From IMG/VR virus record IMGVR_UViG_3300047564_006189, positions 125 through 64,124 of that record: a DNA stretch of 64,000 nt. One strand, written 5' to 3'. The DNA comes from a virus. Its lineage: Duplodnaviria; Caudoviricetes. Shown piece after piece: positions 20,866 through 30,950 of the stretch (position 1 is the first letter of the stretch; the number at the start of each line of letters is the position of its first letter). The translations under genes and the position numbers were made by a program. The notes beneath the pieces were generated by a model that was not told the DNA's origin, did not search any database, and saw only the letters and a list, made by a program, of their open reading frames with translations.

Positions 20866-20914
20866 TATTTCGCCTTCGTTAAATAATGATATTTTTGGTT
20901 GTTTCTAACTGAGC

Positions 20915-21157
20915 TTAATACGGTCTAGGACCTGGCCAAGGTCCGGCCCGCCCTTTTGTGTAATAGTCCCATTCCTGCCTGTCCCACTGTTCATTGCGCA
21001 TTTTTACCCAATCTGTGAATTCAATGTAATCAACATCTGATTTTGGGTCTTTATAACAATATGGATCATAGCTGCCGCACGTTTTTGCGTCTAACGTATC
21101 ATGGTCTATCTCAAAAACCATGTTATTCGTGCAACATCTAACGAGCAATTTTCTCAT
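20915..21157 (-). CDS. hypothetical protein
   Basis: ATGA-coupled ORF. Confidence 0.6.
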   Translation of the reverse strand: MRKLLVRCCTNNMVFEIDHDTLDAKTCGSYDPYCYKDPKSDVDYIEFTDWVKMRNEQWDRQEWDYYTKGRAGPWPGPRPY

Positions 21158-21426
21158 TCTTCGCTATCTTTAAGACCAAAGTTTTTAATATGATATAGCG
21201 CATCTACTATGCCACCATTACAACCTTTAAGATATGCCTTGTTAACAGGATCTTGTTGTGCTTCAATCACCTCGTCATCAATTAATTCTTGTCTGACCTG
21301 ATTGTATATTTCAACAATCAGCAAATCAGCAATCCGTTCAGCAAAAGGCACGGGATTTCCAAATTCTGGGCTCACCATAGGATCATCCCAGGCCTGTTCT
21401 GCAATTTTTCTAATTCGTTCATTCAT
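21154..21426 (-). CDS. small protein, 'FAELIV.EC' family
   Basis: MNERIRKIAEQA...IADLLIVEI...IKNFGL. Confidence 0.75.
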   Translation of the reverse strand: MNERIRKIAEQAWDDPMVSPEFGNPVPFAERIADLLIVEIYNQVRQELIDDEVIEAQQDPVNKAYLKGCNGGIVDALYHIKNFGLKDSEE

Positions 21427-21662
21427 TTTTCAACTCCAAAATGTTTTTTAATCTTATCACCAGCAAATTTAAACTCATATCCACTGTAGCACTCACCGGC
21501 TGAGCAACGATAAACGATATCAGCGCATCGCTGAACGATCAATTCGGCAAACTTTTCCAAGTCAACGCCATCCTCGTTGTGTTTGTCTTTAGCAAAAAAC
21601 ATGCCAAACTTGTCATCAGTCATACCAGCCTGTTCTGCAAGTTCTTTAATTAATTCGTTCAT
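21423..21662 (-). CDS. small protein, 'FAELIV.EC' family
   Basis: MNELIKELAEQAG...EKFAELIVQRC...IKKHFGVEK. Confidence 0.8.
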   Translation of the reverse strand: MNELIKELAEQAGMTDDKFGMFFAKDKHNEDGVDLEKFAELIVQRCADIVYRCSAGECYSGYEFKFAGDKIKKHFGVEK

Positions 21663-21868
21663 TCTTCAACTCCAAGATAATCCTTCATGGCTTGATGAAT
21701 CATATAACTCCTATCGGCTTTTTCCAAATTATATTGTCTGGCAAATTCAGCACATTCGCCAACAATCAACTCAGTGAATTTTAGGATAAATTCGTCAGTC
21801 AGTAGACCAGTATCATAGTCAGTGTATTCACCTGCACAGTTAGCAAGTTCTCTAATTCGTTTGTTCAT
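21659..21868 (-). CDS. small protein, 'FAELIV.EC' family
   Basis: MNKRIRELANCAG...KFTELIVGEC...DYLGVEE; start moved to the ATG after GGAG. Confidence 0.8.
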   Translation of the reverse strand: MNKRIRELANCAGEYTDYDTGLLTDEFILKFTELIVGECAEFARQYNLEKADRSYMIHQAMKDYLGVEE

Positions 21869-22062
21869 TCGATGCTCCAAATATATGACGGCGGAAGCCC
21901 AGCAAGACTATTTCTAACCTGTTCGTAGGTGCCATATCGTTGAAAGTTATTGCTGGAATAACCATTCCAAACTCGCACAGTCCAATTTCTTTCATTCATT
22001 TTGATCTACCCGCCGCTATTGGTCGCTATTGCTATGGAACATCGCTGTAATCTCCTCATCTG

Positions 22063-22587
<525 letters not shown>

Positions 22588-22599
22588 ATGTTTTGATTT

Positions 22600-22968
22600 T
22601 CATTCCAGTCCCTCCGGTACATCTACTTCATCACCCAACTTTGATGCCACATAGCAGCGCATGGCGGCAATCAGTGGCGTCGGACCCCAATATTCGTAAC
22701 CTGGCCCTTTGTATTGAATTGCCCACCACTTGCTGTTTAATACGTATCCAGGATCCGAACCAAGCTCCATGAACTCACGCTCAATGATCGGTCCACCTTG
22801 AGACCAGTCGGTGGTGTAGTTGAAATCGCATAGACCAATCAAGCCGTACCCGCCTTTGCGGGGTGGCAGCATCTTCTCAGTGCGCGGGTCGTAGTCTGTG
22901 AACCCTTCACACGTTGCCACCAACCAGTTGATCTGGATGGAGGTTGCTTCACTTACTTTGATCTTCAT
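22600..22968 (-). CDS. NinX/DUF2591-like phage protein
   Basis: YTTDWSQGGPIIERE...GPTPLIAAMRCYVASKLGDEV. Confidence 0.75.
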   Translation of the reverse strand: MKIKVSEATSIQINWLVATCEGFTDYDPRTEKMLPPRKGGYGLIGLCDFNYTTDWSQGGPIIEREFMELGSDPGYVLNSKWWAIQYKGPGYEYWGPTPLIAAMRCYVASKLGDEVDVPEGLE

Positions 22969-23343
22969 GCTTACCTCATTCGTTTCTGTTTGAGACAGTT
23001 CTCTGTTTCAAGTTTTTAAACGCGTTCGTTCATTCATGAACTCCAAAATGTTCTTCCACTTTAGCATCCAACACTAATAAACACTTCACAGCTTGATCAA
23101 GACATCCGGCCTGGCCGTTGCACAAGTTCGTTCAACCCGACCTTCATACAAGTAAGGAACACGTTCGCAATAGCGTTTTGCCAGGATTCGAACGATAAAC
23201 AATGGCAAAATTTCGGTCCACTTACTCAGCATAGATAACTCCTAGTTAGCACAAGTGCTGGGTTGATCTTGAATAGGTCCTTAAGACGCCATGCATACCA
23301 TTCACGTGCAACTGACATCTTCAGACAATTATTCAACAAGGCT

Positions 23344-23372
23344 ATTGTAATACAAACGTGGCATATTGTATA
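23344..23372 (-). promoter_or_regulatory. sigma70/early-type promoter
   Basis: TATACA-17 nt-TACAAT. Confidence 0.5.
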
Positions 23373-23496
23373 CAACTTATTACAATTAATTAATGACAGA
23401 CATTTCAAGTCATGAAACTAGCCTTGTTCTACCATTCAGCCCGCCTGCTTTAATAAATAGATCAACTTCTGAATTGATTGGGGCATAAGCATAAAA

Positions 23497-24039
23497 ATGT
23501 TGTTATGTGAATTATTCGAAAGCAGTGAAACATGGTACCATGGTTCATCAGCGGAAATACAACAGTTCAATCTTGATAGTGTTGGTAAACCTGGTGCGAC
23601 AGATCAAGAAGGTCCTGGGATTTATCTGACAAGCTCAATCGAGGATGCGCTGCATTATGGCAAATTTATTCACGCCGTGAAAACAGTTAGAGCACCACGA
23701 CTGGTTCCAGAGAAAAAATCTTTCACAACAGCAACAATTAAAAAGCTAATCGAGCTATCTCCAGATAAAGAAGAGGCGCTCCTGGGCTGGGATGAGAATC
23801 CAGTAACTGCTGCTTCTAAAGCATCAAGCGCGATCTACGATAGGTGGGGTCCTAATAACTTTCGTGAAATGCTTGAACAAGTATGGTACGACTTTTACCT
23901 AGAAAGCCCAAAGGCATGGTTAGATATTTTAAGCAAAAATCTCAACTATGATGGTTTTGTTCTGCAAAGGACTGGAGTTAAACATTTCATCTGTTTTAAT
24001 CCTGAGATTTTAGAAATTACTGAAGTGATTCAGTACTAA
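23497..24039 (+). CDS. ADP-ribosyltransferase-fold protein (ART-PolyVal-like), possibly virion-packaged
   Basis: WYHGS...GPGIYLTSS...ALHYG...YDG; opposite strand, AATAAATA at 23452-23459. Confidence 0.6.
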   Translation: MLLCELFESSETWYHGSSAEIQQFNLDSVGKPGATDQEGPGIYLTSSIEDALHYGKFIHAVKTVRAPRLVPEKKSFTTATIKKLIELSPDKEEALLGWDENPVTAASKASSAIYDRWGPNNFREMLEQVWYDFYLESPKAWLDILSKNLNYDGFVLQRTGVKHFICFNPEILEITEVIQY

Positions 24040-24069
24040 CTTCAGCATCCAGTTATCTCAGGAATCTTG

Positions 24070-24351
24070 TCATTTATCATCACTCAACGCAAGTAAAACT
24101 TTCCCGTTGAGACGGGCCCTGGCAGACCTGGCATATTCTGAGATGTTGCCGCATTTGTCTTCCCAGCGAAGCAAGCTGCGAGCGGTATAACCAATATCAA
24201 GTTTATTTTCGCAAGTGGCTTCTTGATTCAGAACACCATTCAGAAACACGCGAACATGATAAACGCCGTTGATGCAACGAACAGTAACTTCATGCTCGCA
24301 CTCGCCAACAATGCAACGTTGGATTCGGAGAATTTGTTTGTAGCGTTCCAT
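24070..24351 (-). CDS. hypothetical early protein
   Basis: has its own promoter and leader. Confidence 0.65.
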   Translation of the reverse strand: MERYKQILRIQRCIVGECEHEVTVRCINGVYHVRVFLNGVLNQEATCENKLDIGYTARSLLRWEDKCGNISEYARSARARLNGKVLLALSDDK

Positions 24352-24384
24352 GATATCACCTGCAGCATGTCTTACGATAGGATG

Positions 24385-24413
24385 ATTATATCAACAGCAT
24401 GCTAATTTGTACA
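24385..24413 (-). promoter_or_regulatory. early promoter
   Basis: TGTACA-17-TATAAT with TG extension; shares a 26-bp block with the promoter at 24815. Confidence 0.75.
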
Positions 24414-24427
24414 ATACTTTCAAAAAT

Positions 24428-24778
24428 TTAGATCATCTCAAATTTGATCTGGAAACCAGCCTCTTCCAGAGCCTCCATCCAATCGTTGAGCTTGGCGATA
24501 TGTTCATCCGCTTCACATACGGTTTCAAATCCTACAGGTTCACCTTCACCGAAGATATCATCACCCGCAAAAACTGGTTCAACACGCTCTACGCGTCGAT
24601 CTTGAATCCACTCGATGTACGCCTGCGCAGGGCAGGCTGCTGCAAGAATGCGCTCAGTTGTTTCGGTTGGAGTTTGCCAGGCATCGAACTTGCGGCGCTG
24701 AATCTCATTACCACGGCTACCATCTTTCTTGATGAATGCAATCTCGCGTTCTGCCACGATGAAGACGTTCATGCTCAT
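24428..24778 (-). CDS. hypothetical early protein
   Basis: WQTPT..T..I motif; GGAG RBS; own promoter. Confidence 0.65.
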   Translation of the reverse strand: MSMNVFIVAEREIAFIKKDGSRGNEIQRRKFDAWQTPTETTERILAAACPAQAYIEWIQDRRVERVEPVFAGDDIFGEGEPVGFETVCEADEHIAKLNDWMEALEEAGFQIKFEMI

Positions 24779-24814
24779 GATATCAACTCCTACAGAATTT
24801 CTTACGATAGGATG

Positions 24815-24843
24815 ATTATATCAACTTGTGCTGAGGTTGTAAA
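24815..24843 (-). promoter_or_regulatory. T4-early-like promoter
   Basis: (G)TTTACA-17-TATAAT with TG extension. Confidence 0.8.
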
Positions 24844-24849
24844 CTAGTT

Positions 24850-25062
24850 TTATTCTTCAACGCCAAAATATCTTTCAATCTGTTCAATCAATTTAGGTCG
24901 ACTAACAAACTCACCGCCAGCACCGACAATATCAATACATTTCTCAACAATCAATTCTGCAAATTTTTCTGCCACCTGCAAGTTGGTTGTTGAGAAGCCA
25001 TACTCTTGTCCTGCGTTCAGCAGCGCAGCTTCATACATCTCCTGGAGTTCTTGCTTCTTCAT
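24850..25062 (-). CDS. small protein, 'FAELIV.EC' family
   Basis: EKFAELIVEKC...IERYFGVEE. Confidence 0.8.
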   Translation of the reverse strand: MKKQELQEMYEAALLNAGQEYGFSTTNLQVAEKFAELIVEKCIDIVGAGGEFVSRPKLIEQIERYFGVEE

Positions 25063-25238
25063 TCAATATTCCCTTTTAGATCTAGCAATTTATTTAAAAT
25101 TGCAGCATCCCACGGATTGCCCTTACATATGGCGTAAATTTGTTCAATACGCTCGGTCGAAACATTAGGATCCAATTCTCTAATTAGCTCTTCCGCAATC
25201 GCAAAGTTGAATGCTTCTTGCAGCTCATCATTCAACAT
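25059..25238 (-). CDS. hypothetical protein (59 aa, below the ORF-track cutoff)
   Basis: MLNDELQEAFNFAIAEE...KGNIE; fills the gap and overlaps both neighbours. Confidence 0.55.
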   Translation of the reverse strand: MLNDELQEAFNFAIAEELIRELDPNVSTERIEQIYAICKGNPWDAAILNKLLDLKGNIE

Positions 25239-25560
25239 ATTTTGGCTTCCAAAGTTTGGCGTATTTTAATACATTAGGTTGTTCGCCCTCAATTGGGCAG
25301 ATTACTGCGCAACTCTTTTTGGCATCTAATGTTTTATTTTCATGTCCAAGATAAACATTAGGTAATGCTGCAATTTTATCAAATTCTTTTTGATTTACTC
25401 GCACTACACATTTACGAAAAGATTCTGTCAGCCAGCGTTGATAAATTTCAATGTGCTCAAATGCTAGATGGGCACCTAACATAGTATGCGCCACCAGCGT
25501 CGGTGTCATATAATCTGGGAACTCGTCAAGAACTGCAATATACAAACGCATACATGTCAC
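25228..25560 (-). CDS. peptidyl-tRNA hydrolase 2 (Pth2)-like protein
   Basis: MRLYIAVLD...LVAH...W....FRKCVVRV pattern matches PTH2-fold proteins. Confidence 0.6.
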   Translation of the reverse strand: MTCMRLYIAVLDEFPDYMTPTLVAHTMLGAHLAFEHIEIYQRWLTESFRKCVVRVNQKEFDKIAALPNVYLGHENKTLDAKKSCAVICPIEGEQPNVLKYAKLWKPKYVE

Positions 25561-25606
25561 CCTAAAAAGATTTCAAAACAGTTATTTGATTATCAAAAAT
25601 CCGCAA

Positions 25607-26137
25607 TCAATCAACTTGTTTGTTGGTCTTATTTTTAATTCTATCTACTTCTTCTTGAAGAATTTTTTCAACGTACTGATTCAGAGTCATATCGCTCTCA
25701 TGTGCCAACGTCATAAGTTTAAAAATTTCATCATCTTCTAATTCAAGCGGAAGTTTAACCCGAGTATCATATTTTTCACCAGAAATAATGGCCCGAGTCT
25801 TTTCTAAAAAATCCTCTTCTACTTCCAGCTCAATGTAGTCAACGCCATCCCATGCTTCATGCATATTAACAGCATGGTGTTCAGCTTCAGCTTGATGAGC
25901 AGTTAAGTATGCTGGATTGATTAGCCGGTATGCTCTTTCTTCTTTATAATCATGTATTGCCGCTTCATAAATTTCTTGCGTGACAGTGTCAAATACGACA
26001 CACGCTGAATGGCCGTCTTGCTCATTATTCCAATAGTCAAGATAATGCGCATTTCCACCATAACATGCCCATTGATATGGGCCGGCTTCTGTGATTTTAT
26101 AGCCGATAGCTTCCATGAAATCTTTCATTGTGATCAT
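25607..26137 (-). CDS. hypothetical protein with a possible C-terminal ribbon-helix-helix
   Basis: C-terminal LMTLAHESDMTLNQYVEKIL. Confidence 0.6.
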   Translation of the reverse strand: MITMKDFMEAIGYKITEAGPYQWACYGGNAHYLDYWNNEQDGHSACVVFDTVTQEIYEAAIHDYKEERAYRLINPAYLTAHQAEAEHHAVNMHEAWDGVDYIELEVEEDFLEKTRAIISGEKYDTRVKLPLELEDDEIFKLMTLAHESDMTLNQYVEKILQEEVDRIKNKTNKQVD

Positions 26138-26376
26138 AATATAGCTCCACCATTATTTGCAAATTCAACAATATTTTTGACTTTTCGATCTGACCAACCA
26201 GCACCAACTGATGCCCATTTACCTTTTTCCCAAAGTTGCCAACTATCACGTTTTTGCCAACATTCTTCTGGGTGATCAACTGCTTTATTATAATACAAAT
26301 CTGTTGAGAGTTTATAAAATAACGTATTGCCGTAAAACTCGGCAAAATGTGTTGCATCTTCTGGCGCTTTTGTCAT
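26134..26376 (-). CDS. hypothetical protein
   Basis: APEDATHF N-terminus; ATGA-coupled. Confidence 0.6.
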   Translation of the reverse strand: MTKAPEDATHFAEFYGNTLFYKLSTDLYYNKAVDHPEECWQKRDSWQLWEKGKWASVGAGWSDRKVKNIVEFANNGGAIL

Positions 26377-26591
26377 AATTTGAAATGATCTTTTATATTG
26401 TTCACTACATTTTTAACAACTTGCTCTTGGCTTGGCGCCACAGCCCAACGTGTTTCTTTAGCTTCTTCGGCAAGCCCAATACACTTCATAATAATCAGCT
26501 CTGCGAATTTTTGAAAGTCACCATGACTATTTGGCCAACCAGTCAGCAATCTGGCTTCAGTTGCAAGTTGTTTAATTTCCTGATTCATCAT
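26373..26591 (-). CDS. small protein, 'FAELIV.EC' family
   Basis: MNQEIKQLATEA...QKFAELIIMKC...IKDHFKL; start moved to the ATG after GGAG. Confidence 0.8.
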   Translation of the reverse strand: MMNQEIKQLATEARLLTGWPNSHGDFQKFAELIIMKCIGLAEEAKETRWAVAPSQEQVVKNVVNNIKDHFKL

Positions 26592-26745
26592 GGTCTCCAT
26601 TCCAGTTTGATACAACCATAACCTTGTCGTTTTGCCCGCCACATCTTGTACATGGCTTTAATCATACTCTCACCACAATAGACTTGCAACCAATGATAGC
26701 CATCATCGGAATGATTCCACACGTTTACTTCGAATCGCCAACCCA

Positions 26746-26943
26746 TTATTCAACTCCAAAATAACTTTTTAAGTAATATATTACGTAATCAATATCATCA
26801 CCTTCACGATAGGCGATATCTACACAATGCTGAACGATTAATTGCACAAATTCTTGGACTTCAGCGCGTTGCGCTTCCCCAGCTGTGTAAAAATTCCAAA
26901 TAAGTGGTTTTTGCTGAACGAGCTGTTCAATTCTGTCGTTCAT
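26746..26943 (-). CDS. small protein, 'FAELIV.EC' family
   Basis: MNDRIEQLVQQ...EFVQLIVQHC...KSYFGVE. Confidence 0.8.
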   Translation of the reverse strand: MNDRIEQLVQQKPLIWNFYTAGEAQRAEVQEFVQLIVQHCVDIAYREGDDIDYVIYYLKSYFGVE

Positions 26944-27066
26944 TTTTTAATTCCTGACTTAATTCTTCAATTCTTTCAGCGGCCATAAGCAATAACATTG
27001 AAAGCGCAATATTATCCCCAACGCTTTCTTTTGCGATCTTTAATGTGCGGATAAGATCTTCATCAC

Positions 27067-27276
27067 TCATTTTATGCCCATTGCCATTTTATATAATTGC
27101 AATTCACTAGTAGGGACCCATTCTTCATATGTGCCAAAGCTTCGCAAAAATGAGTGATTAGATAAATCAGTTTCAGGAGTGACTTTCACCATAGAAACTT
27201 GTACAGCAATACCATTCCCATTTTCATCGGTCCTTGGACCTCTCAACAAGACATATTCGGTGCCATTCTTTTGCAT
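27067..27276 (-). CDS. hypothetical protein
   Basis: AGGAG RBS, co-oriented. Confidence 0.6.
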   Translation of the reverse strand: MQKNGTEYVLLRGPRTDENGNGIAVQVSMVKVTPETDLSNHSFLRSFGTYEEWVPTSELQLYKMAMGIK

Positions 27277-27278
27277 TT

Positions 27279-27476
27279 TTAACTCCTATCGTTGATTCCA
27301 AAATGTTCAAACATGGAATCCATCACTTCATATTCTCCATGTTTATCAGCAATGCTAATACATTGGCGAACTACCAGTTCGGTTAATTTTTCAATTAACT
27401 CTAAATTTCCGCCCATATAATTATACGGGTTTAATCCGGCTTCCTTAGCTAATTCCATAACAAGCTGTGAATTCAT
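27279..27476 (-). CDS. small protein, 'FAELIV.EC' family
   Basis: MELAKEAGL...EKLTELVVRQC...EHFGI. Confidence 0.8.
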   Translation of the reverse strand: MNSQLVMELAKEAGLNPYNYMGGNLELIEKLTELVVRQCISIADKHGEYEVMDSMFEHFGINDRS

Positions 27477-27479
27477 GCT

Positions 27480-27686
27480 TCACCTATCTTCAAGAATGTC
27501 TACAGATTTTACAAGCTGCTCACGTGAATCTTCTTGCTGGACATCTTGATATTCCTTTGAAATTGACCGAACTGGAATACCATTGTCCAATTGTTGCTTG
27601 ATGAATACACATGCATCAGAATAATTTAAAAATGCTTGGCGACTATAAGGAACATTTCCATAATGAACCATGTATTGTTTTTTCAT
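27480..27686 (-). CDS. hypothetical protein
   Basis: co-oriented ORF with RBS. Confidence 0.55.
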   Translation of the reverse strand: MKKQYMVHYGNVPYSRQAFLNYSDACVFIKQQLDNGIPVRSISKEYQDVQQEDSREQLVKSVDILEDR

Positions 27687-27695
27687 GTTGATCCC

Positions 27696-27884
27696 TTAAG
27701 TAAAAGATTTAGCAAGCGTAATTGCATCTTCTAATGAAGCACATGTTTTGCAGAACCTCTCTTCTCCACCATACTGAAGAATTTCATAAACCGCATATAG
27801 GCCATCTTCATTTTCGTAAACGAGCCCATATGATTCTTCACCATACGAGTATTCATAAACTAGTTTCATTTTAATTCCTATCAT
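27696..27884 (-). CDS. hypothetical protein
   Basis: co-oriented ORF. Confidence 0.55.
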   Translation of the reverse strand: MIGIKMKLVYEYSYGEESYGLVYENEDGLYAVYEILQYGGEERFCKTCASLEDAITLAKSFT

Positions 27885-28063
27885 TCTATATCAAAATGTG
27901 CTTTTAGGTAATCAACATTGTCGCCATTTCGGGCTGCAACATCGATGCATTCCTGCACGATTATTTCAATGACCGCGCGCACTGTAGCATCAGAAACCAC
28001 GCCAGGGTCAGCAAACCATGGCCTAACTTGGGCTTGCTTTATCAGATCGCTATAGTCAGTCAT
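27881..28063 (-). CDS. small protein, 'FAELIV.EC' family
   Basis: LIKQAQ...IEIIVQEC...KAHFDIE; first gene after the promoter at 28094. Confidence 0.75.
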   Translation of the reverse strand: MTDYSDLIKQAQVRPWFADPGVVSDATVRAVIEIIVQECIDVAARNGDNVDYLKAHFDIE

Positions 28064-28093
28064 GAAACTTCTCCAAAATATAGTATAACAAGG

Positions 28094-28122
28094 ATTATAA
28101 CATTAGATTAGCAAATTGTAAA
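28094..28122 (-). promoter_or_regulatory. T4-early-like promoter
   Basis: (G)TTTACA-17-TATAAT with TG extension. Confidence 0.8.
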
Positions 28123-28130
28123 CAACTGTG

Positions 28131-29510
28131 TCAACATAATTTATCAAGAAATTCACTGATCATGGGCAAAGGCCTGCCAGTGGAGCTCGATCCTGACCAG
28201 CTTGTTCCGGCAATATCCAAATGGCACCAACCAGTTTCTGGTGCAAACTTTTGCAAAAACACTGCTCCTTGCGTAGCACCTGCACCTCTACCTGGGGCCA
28301 AATTACAAACATCGGCAACATTGCTTTTTAGAAAATCCTTATGGCATTCTTCAAGCGGTAGTTGCCAAGCCCAATCTTTTGTGGCCTTGCTGGCAGCGAG
28401 CAACTTTGTCACGAGTTCATCATCTTTAGAGAACACGCCAGTATGGGTATAACCTAATGCGGTAATGCAGGCTCCAGTAAGAGTGGCCAGGTCAATTGTG
28501 TATTTTCCGTTGAATCGTTTTGAGTATGTTAATGCGTCAGCCAACACCAAGCGACCTTCAGCATCGGTGTCAATAACTTCAATTGTGGTGCCGTCCATCG
28601 CGGTTAATACGTCGCCTGGCTTGACGCTGCCCCCGCTTGGCATATTTTCACAGCAAGCAGCAATTGCAACCATGCTAATTGGCAGTCCTGCCTTAGCCGC
28701 ATAAATCACTGAACATAAAGCAGTTGCTGCTCCAGCCATGTCAGATTTCATTTCATGCATGCCACCACTTGGCTTGATGCTAATCCCACCACTGTCAAAC
28801 GTCAATCCCTTACCAACCATCACGATTGGGTTATCTACTTTTGGGCCATAGCGTAAGACGATAAGTTTAGGTTCTTCAACACTGCCCTTGGCCACCCCGT
28901 AAAATGATCCCATTTTTTGCTCAAGAATATAATCAACGCCAAACACTTCACATTTGATTTTCAGATTATTTTCCTGAATATATTCTTGCACCAATTCTGC
29001 AAATTTTGATGGTGTCAAATAGTTTGGTGGCATATTAACTAGTTGTCTAACGAATGCGCGAGCTTCAGCTAAGGCCTGCCCGCGCTTGGTACTAAACTTT
29101 TTTGGCTTATTAACTACAAATTCAATTGTCTTGCGCGCCGGTGATTCTTCTTTCTTCTTAAGATTCCAATCAACTTGCAGGTTTAAAAGAGTTCGGCTAA
29201 CAAGCGTTTTGTCATTAAACTTGTAAGCACCCAAGTTAACTGTAACTTCCAACACGGATTCTGGCATAGCCATGATTGCGCCGATAATTGATGTTTCAAC
29301 ATCACCCGCATCAACACAGACAAAAACCGTAAATTCTCCTTTAACCATACTCATGAATGTGCCGCCAACTTTTTTAGGCAGCAGCGAATGCCATTTTTTA
29401 TGGCTATCCAAAATAACTGAATCATCTTTAATCTGATAAGGAACAACTACCGCCCCGCTTAGACTTTGTTTATTGACAAACTTTACCATTGGAAAGTTAA
29501 AATCAAACAT
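28131..29510 (-). CDS. pepA: M17 leucyl aminopeptidase
   Basis: GKGLTFDSGG.SIKP, MKSDMAGAA, DTDAEGRLVLAD, DLATLTGA, HLDIAGT. Confidence 0.93.
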   Translation of the reverse strand: MFDFNFPMVKFVNKQSLSGAVVVPYQIKDDSVILDSHKKWHSLLPKKVGGTFMSMVKGEFTVFVCVDAGDVETSIIGAIMAMPESVLEVTVNLGAYKFNDKTLVSRTLLNLQVDWNLKKKEESPARKTIEFVVNKPKKFSTKRGQALAEARAFVRQLVNMPPNYLTPSKFAELVQEYIQENNLKIKCEVFGVDYILEQKMGSFYGVAKGSVEEPKLIVLRYGPKVDNPIVMVGKGLTFDSGGISIKPSGGMHEMKSDMAGAATALCSVIYAAKAGLPISMVAIAACCENMPSGGSVKPGDVLTAMDGTTIEVIDTDAEGRLVLADALTYSKRFNGKYTIDLATLTGACITALGYTHTGVFSKDDELVTKLLAASKATKDWAWQLPLEECHKDFLKSNVADVCNLAPGRGAGATQGAVFLQKFAPETGWCHLDIAGTSWSGSSSTGRPLPMISEFLDKLC

Positions 29511-29593
29511 TAGGCAATCTCCCTTGTTGTGTGTTTATTGTTCCAAAATATTCTTACATGTGAATTTCTAAAATTGATCGCCGTTAAAAGCAG

Positions 29594-30850
29594 TTAAAAT
29601 GGGTCAATCTCCATACCAGCACTAGCACCAGGCTGACATTGTTCTTCACCACTTGTTGGAGATTTAGCCATCATTTTCCAGAGTTGAATAAACGCCTCAC
29701 TGAGTTCATCATCTAGAATTGACAGGCTGTCTCGCAGCGCGTTGTAGGCCTTGCTGCTGGCTGCTTCCTTGACATTGTTGTTGGCGAATGTCTTTGCTAC
29801 CGTCAACACCTTCCGAGTCGAAATAACATCTGTGACTGCTCCAGCTTCATACGACGTTTGAATCTGCTTGTGCCAAGCTGCTAGACATTCAACCATAGTT
29901 GGCGCAAGCTCATAGCCAGAATTCTGAATAATGTTAACCAGCTCAGCTTCGGTTGGCGGATCAAACGAGATGGCAATTTCAAATCTGTCGAGCAAAGCAC
30001 TGTCGAGCAGCTGCGTGTTGTATTTTCCAGTTAGGTCGCCTTTGCCACGAGAATTTCCTGTTGCAAAGACACAGAACCCAGTCGTTGGGTAAACCATCTT
30101 ATTCAATTTCTTGATCAGGTAGCCGCGATGTTCTAGCACTGGAAATAGCTCAGTTGCCACCTGCGGGTTGATCCTGTCGAGCTCGTCAAGCAGCAGGATT
30201 GCACCTAGCTCCATTGCTAAGACCGCCGGGCCTTTGTTATAAACCATCGTCCCATTTACGAGCCGTAGTCCACCGAACAGGTCATCGACCTCAGTGAAAT
30301 ATGAAATTGGGACTCTGATCACGACCCGCCCAGCCTGCTTGGCTGCAGACAAGATTGAGGTGGTTTTACCCAATCCAGTTTCGCCGTACACGTACACGTT
30401 GACGGGATTCTTAACTTTAAGCTGTCTTTGTACATCTGCGAAAGATGATGTTTTTACATATGTTTTTAAATTTGGATCATTTGCTGCGTTGAGCGAGTCA
30501 ATGCATAACTCAGTAGCACCAGTTTGTTCTGATTGTGAAACATCGTTTTTGCTTGAAGTAGGTGCTGTGTCCAGTTTAACATTTTCTGGTGGCGAACTTT
30601 TAATTTTGCGCAAAGCAGCCAGCGCCTTATTGGCATCCAGAACAATTGGCCTCTTTGAGAGAAATGTTTTGGATAAATTATCAGTCACAAAATTTTTGAT
30701 GAGTGAAATATCTTTTAACGCACTTGAACGATTAACCGCAGAATCAAAATCATACTTATGAAGTAGAAAAGATAATTCAGCAGTGGTGTGAGCAAATGGC
30801 TCTAGCCTGTCGATTAAATAGTCGCAAATTTGAACTGTGGTAAGACTCAC
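29594..30850 (-). CDS. MoxR/CobS-like AAA+ ATPase
   Basis: GETGLGKT, LLLDELD, FATGN, ALLDRF; start moved to the GTG after GGAG. Confidence 0.85.
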   Translation of the reverse strand: MSLTTVQICDYLIDRLEPFAHTTAELSFLLHKYDFDSAVNRSSALKDISLIKNFVTDNLSKTFLSKRPIVLDANKALAALRKIKSSPPENVKLDTAPTSSKNDVSQSEQTGATELCIDSLNAANDPNLKTYVKTSSFADVQRQLKVKNPVNVYVYGETGLGKTTSILSAAKQAGRVVIRVPISYFTEVDDLFGGLRLVNGTMVYNKGPAVLAMELGAILLLDELDRINPQVATELFPVLEHRGYLIKKLNKMVYPTTGFCVFATGNSRGKGDLTGKYNTQLLDSALLDRFEIAISFDPPTEAELVNIIQNSGYELAPTMVECLAAWHKQIQTSYEAGAVTDVISTRKVLTVAKTFANNNVKEAASSKAYNALRDSLSILDDELSEAFIQLWKMMAKSPTSGEEQCQPGASAGMEIDPF

Positions 30851-30950
30851 TTTAGCATCTCCGTATAAAATCAGCTGATGGCAAATTATAACACGCGAAT
30901 TGAGTCTAACCAACTAAATTAGTAAATTTTCGCGCTAATATTATAAAGAC

